Shown piece by piece: positions 63,769 through 64,000 of a stretch of 64,000 nucleotides of DNA. The position numbers and the translations under genes are program-made. Location of the stretch: assembly GCA_039096225.1 (NCBI GenBank), contig JBBPEB010000027.1, positions 744,001-808,000 of the forward strand, read 5' to 3'. The notes under the pieces were generated by a model, which was not told the DNA's origin, made no database searches, and saw nothing but the letters and a program-made list of their open reading frames with translations. Source of the DNA: Blastocystis sp. Blastoise. Lineage: Eukaryota > Protista > Bigyra: Opalinata. How positions within the stretch are numbered: position 1 is the stretch's first letter; every line of letters starts with the position of its first letter.

Positions 63769-64000
63769 GAAATCCTCCTGAAAAAGAGAGTGCTTATCGT
63801 AATTTTGTGTTTGAATTAACTTCAAATACACCTGCTCGTTTAAGTATACCTAAAACATTTAGTAAATTAGCATTAGGTAGTTATGATAGTTTATTATGTA
63901 AAGATATAATGGAATCTTTATTTTGGAGATTAACTGATACTGATAGTAATAATTGGAAACATGGATTAAAAGCATTACAATTATTATCTTATTTACTTAT
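61572..64000 (+). CDS. DENN-domain protein with a downstream ENTH-like domain (runs off the window)
   Basis: uDENN EFIFPD, YTVVLTGDGGVRLYGFCRR; DENN ALMCERRIIFVSKSLSVLS, PFIWHHVFVPILP, APMPFLIG; dDENN HSQMFERFID; then DIMESLFWRLTDTDSNNWKHGLKALQLLSYLL (ENTH signature). Confidence 0.9.

Overview
Very AT-rich, intron-dense eukaryotic (protist-like) nuclear DNA. Introns are short GTAT...ATAG types, often filled with (TA)n, (ATT)n or (AAAT)n, so most of the ORF track is fragments or repeat artefacts. By manual splicing I read 14 genes: a partial Asn-rich gene, Mic10 (absent from the ORF track), Sec24, a BTB-like protein, a GT61-like glycosyltransferase, a multi-SPRY-like kinase, primase large subunit, eIF4E, three tandem paralogous 2-TM Cys-rich proteins, a VHS/TOM1-like protein, a striatin-like WD40 protein and an RNase II/R; a 15th, a DENN+ENTH gene, runs off the right end. 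There are three non-autonomous DNA transposons: a CACTA/CMC-type element (7281-15268, 19-bp TIR, ATT TSD), a Helitron nested inside it (10025-12754) and a Mutator-like element (44476-49114, 231-bp perfect TIRs, 9-bp TSD). The most notable finding is that the Helitron and the MULE, which are unrelated, each carry a copy of the same atypical tRNA-like cloverleaf on the minus strand (12455-12523 and 45691-45757). The copies show compensatory stem changes and lack a canonical anticodon loop. A GC-rich motif (CCGCGG/CRCGGG) is also strongly over-represented inside coding exons. All exon boundaries and family calls are by eye, without database searches.
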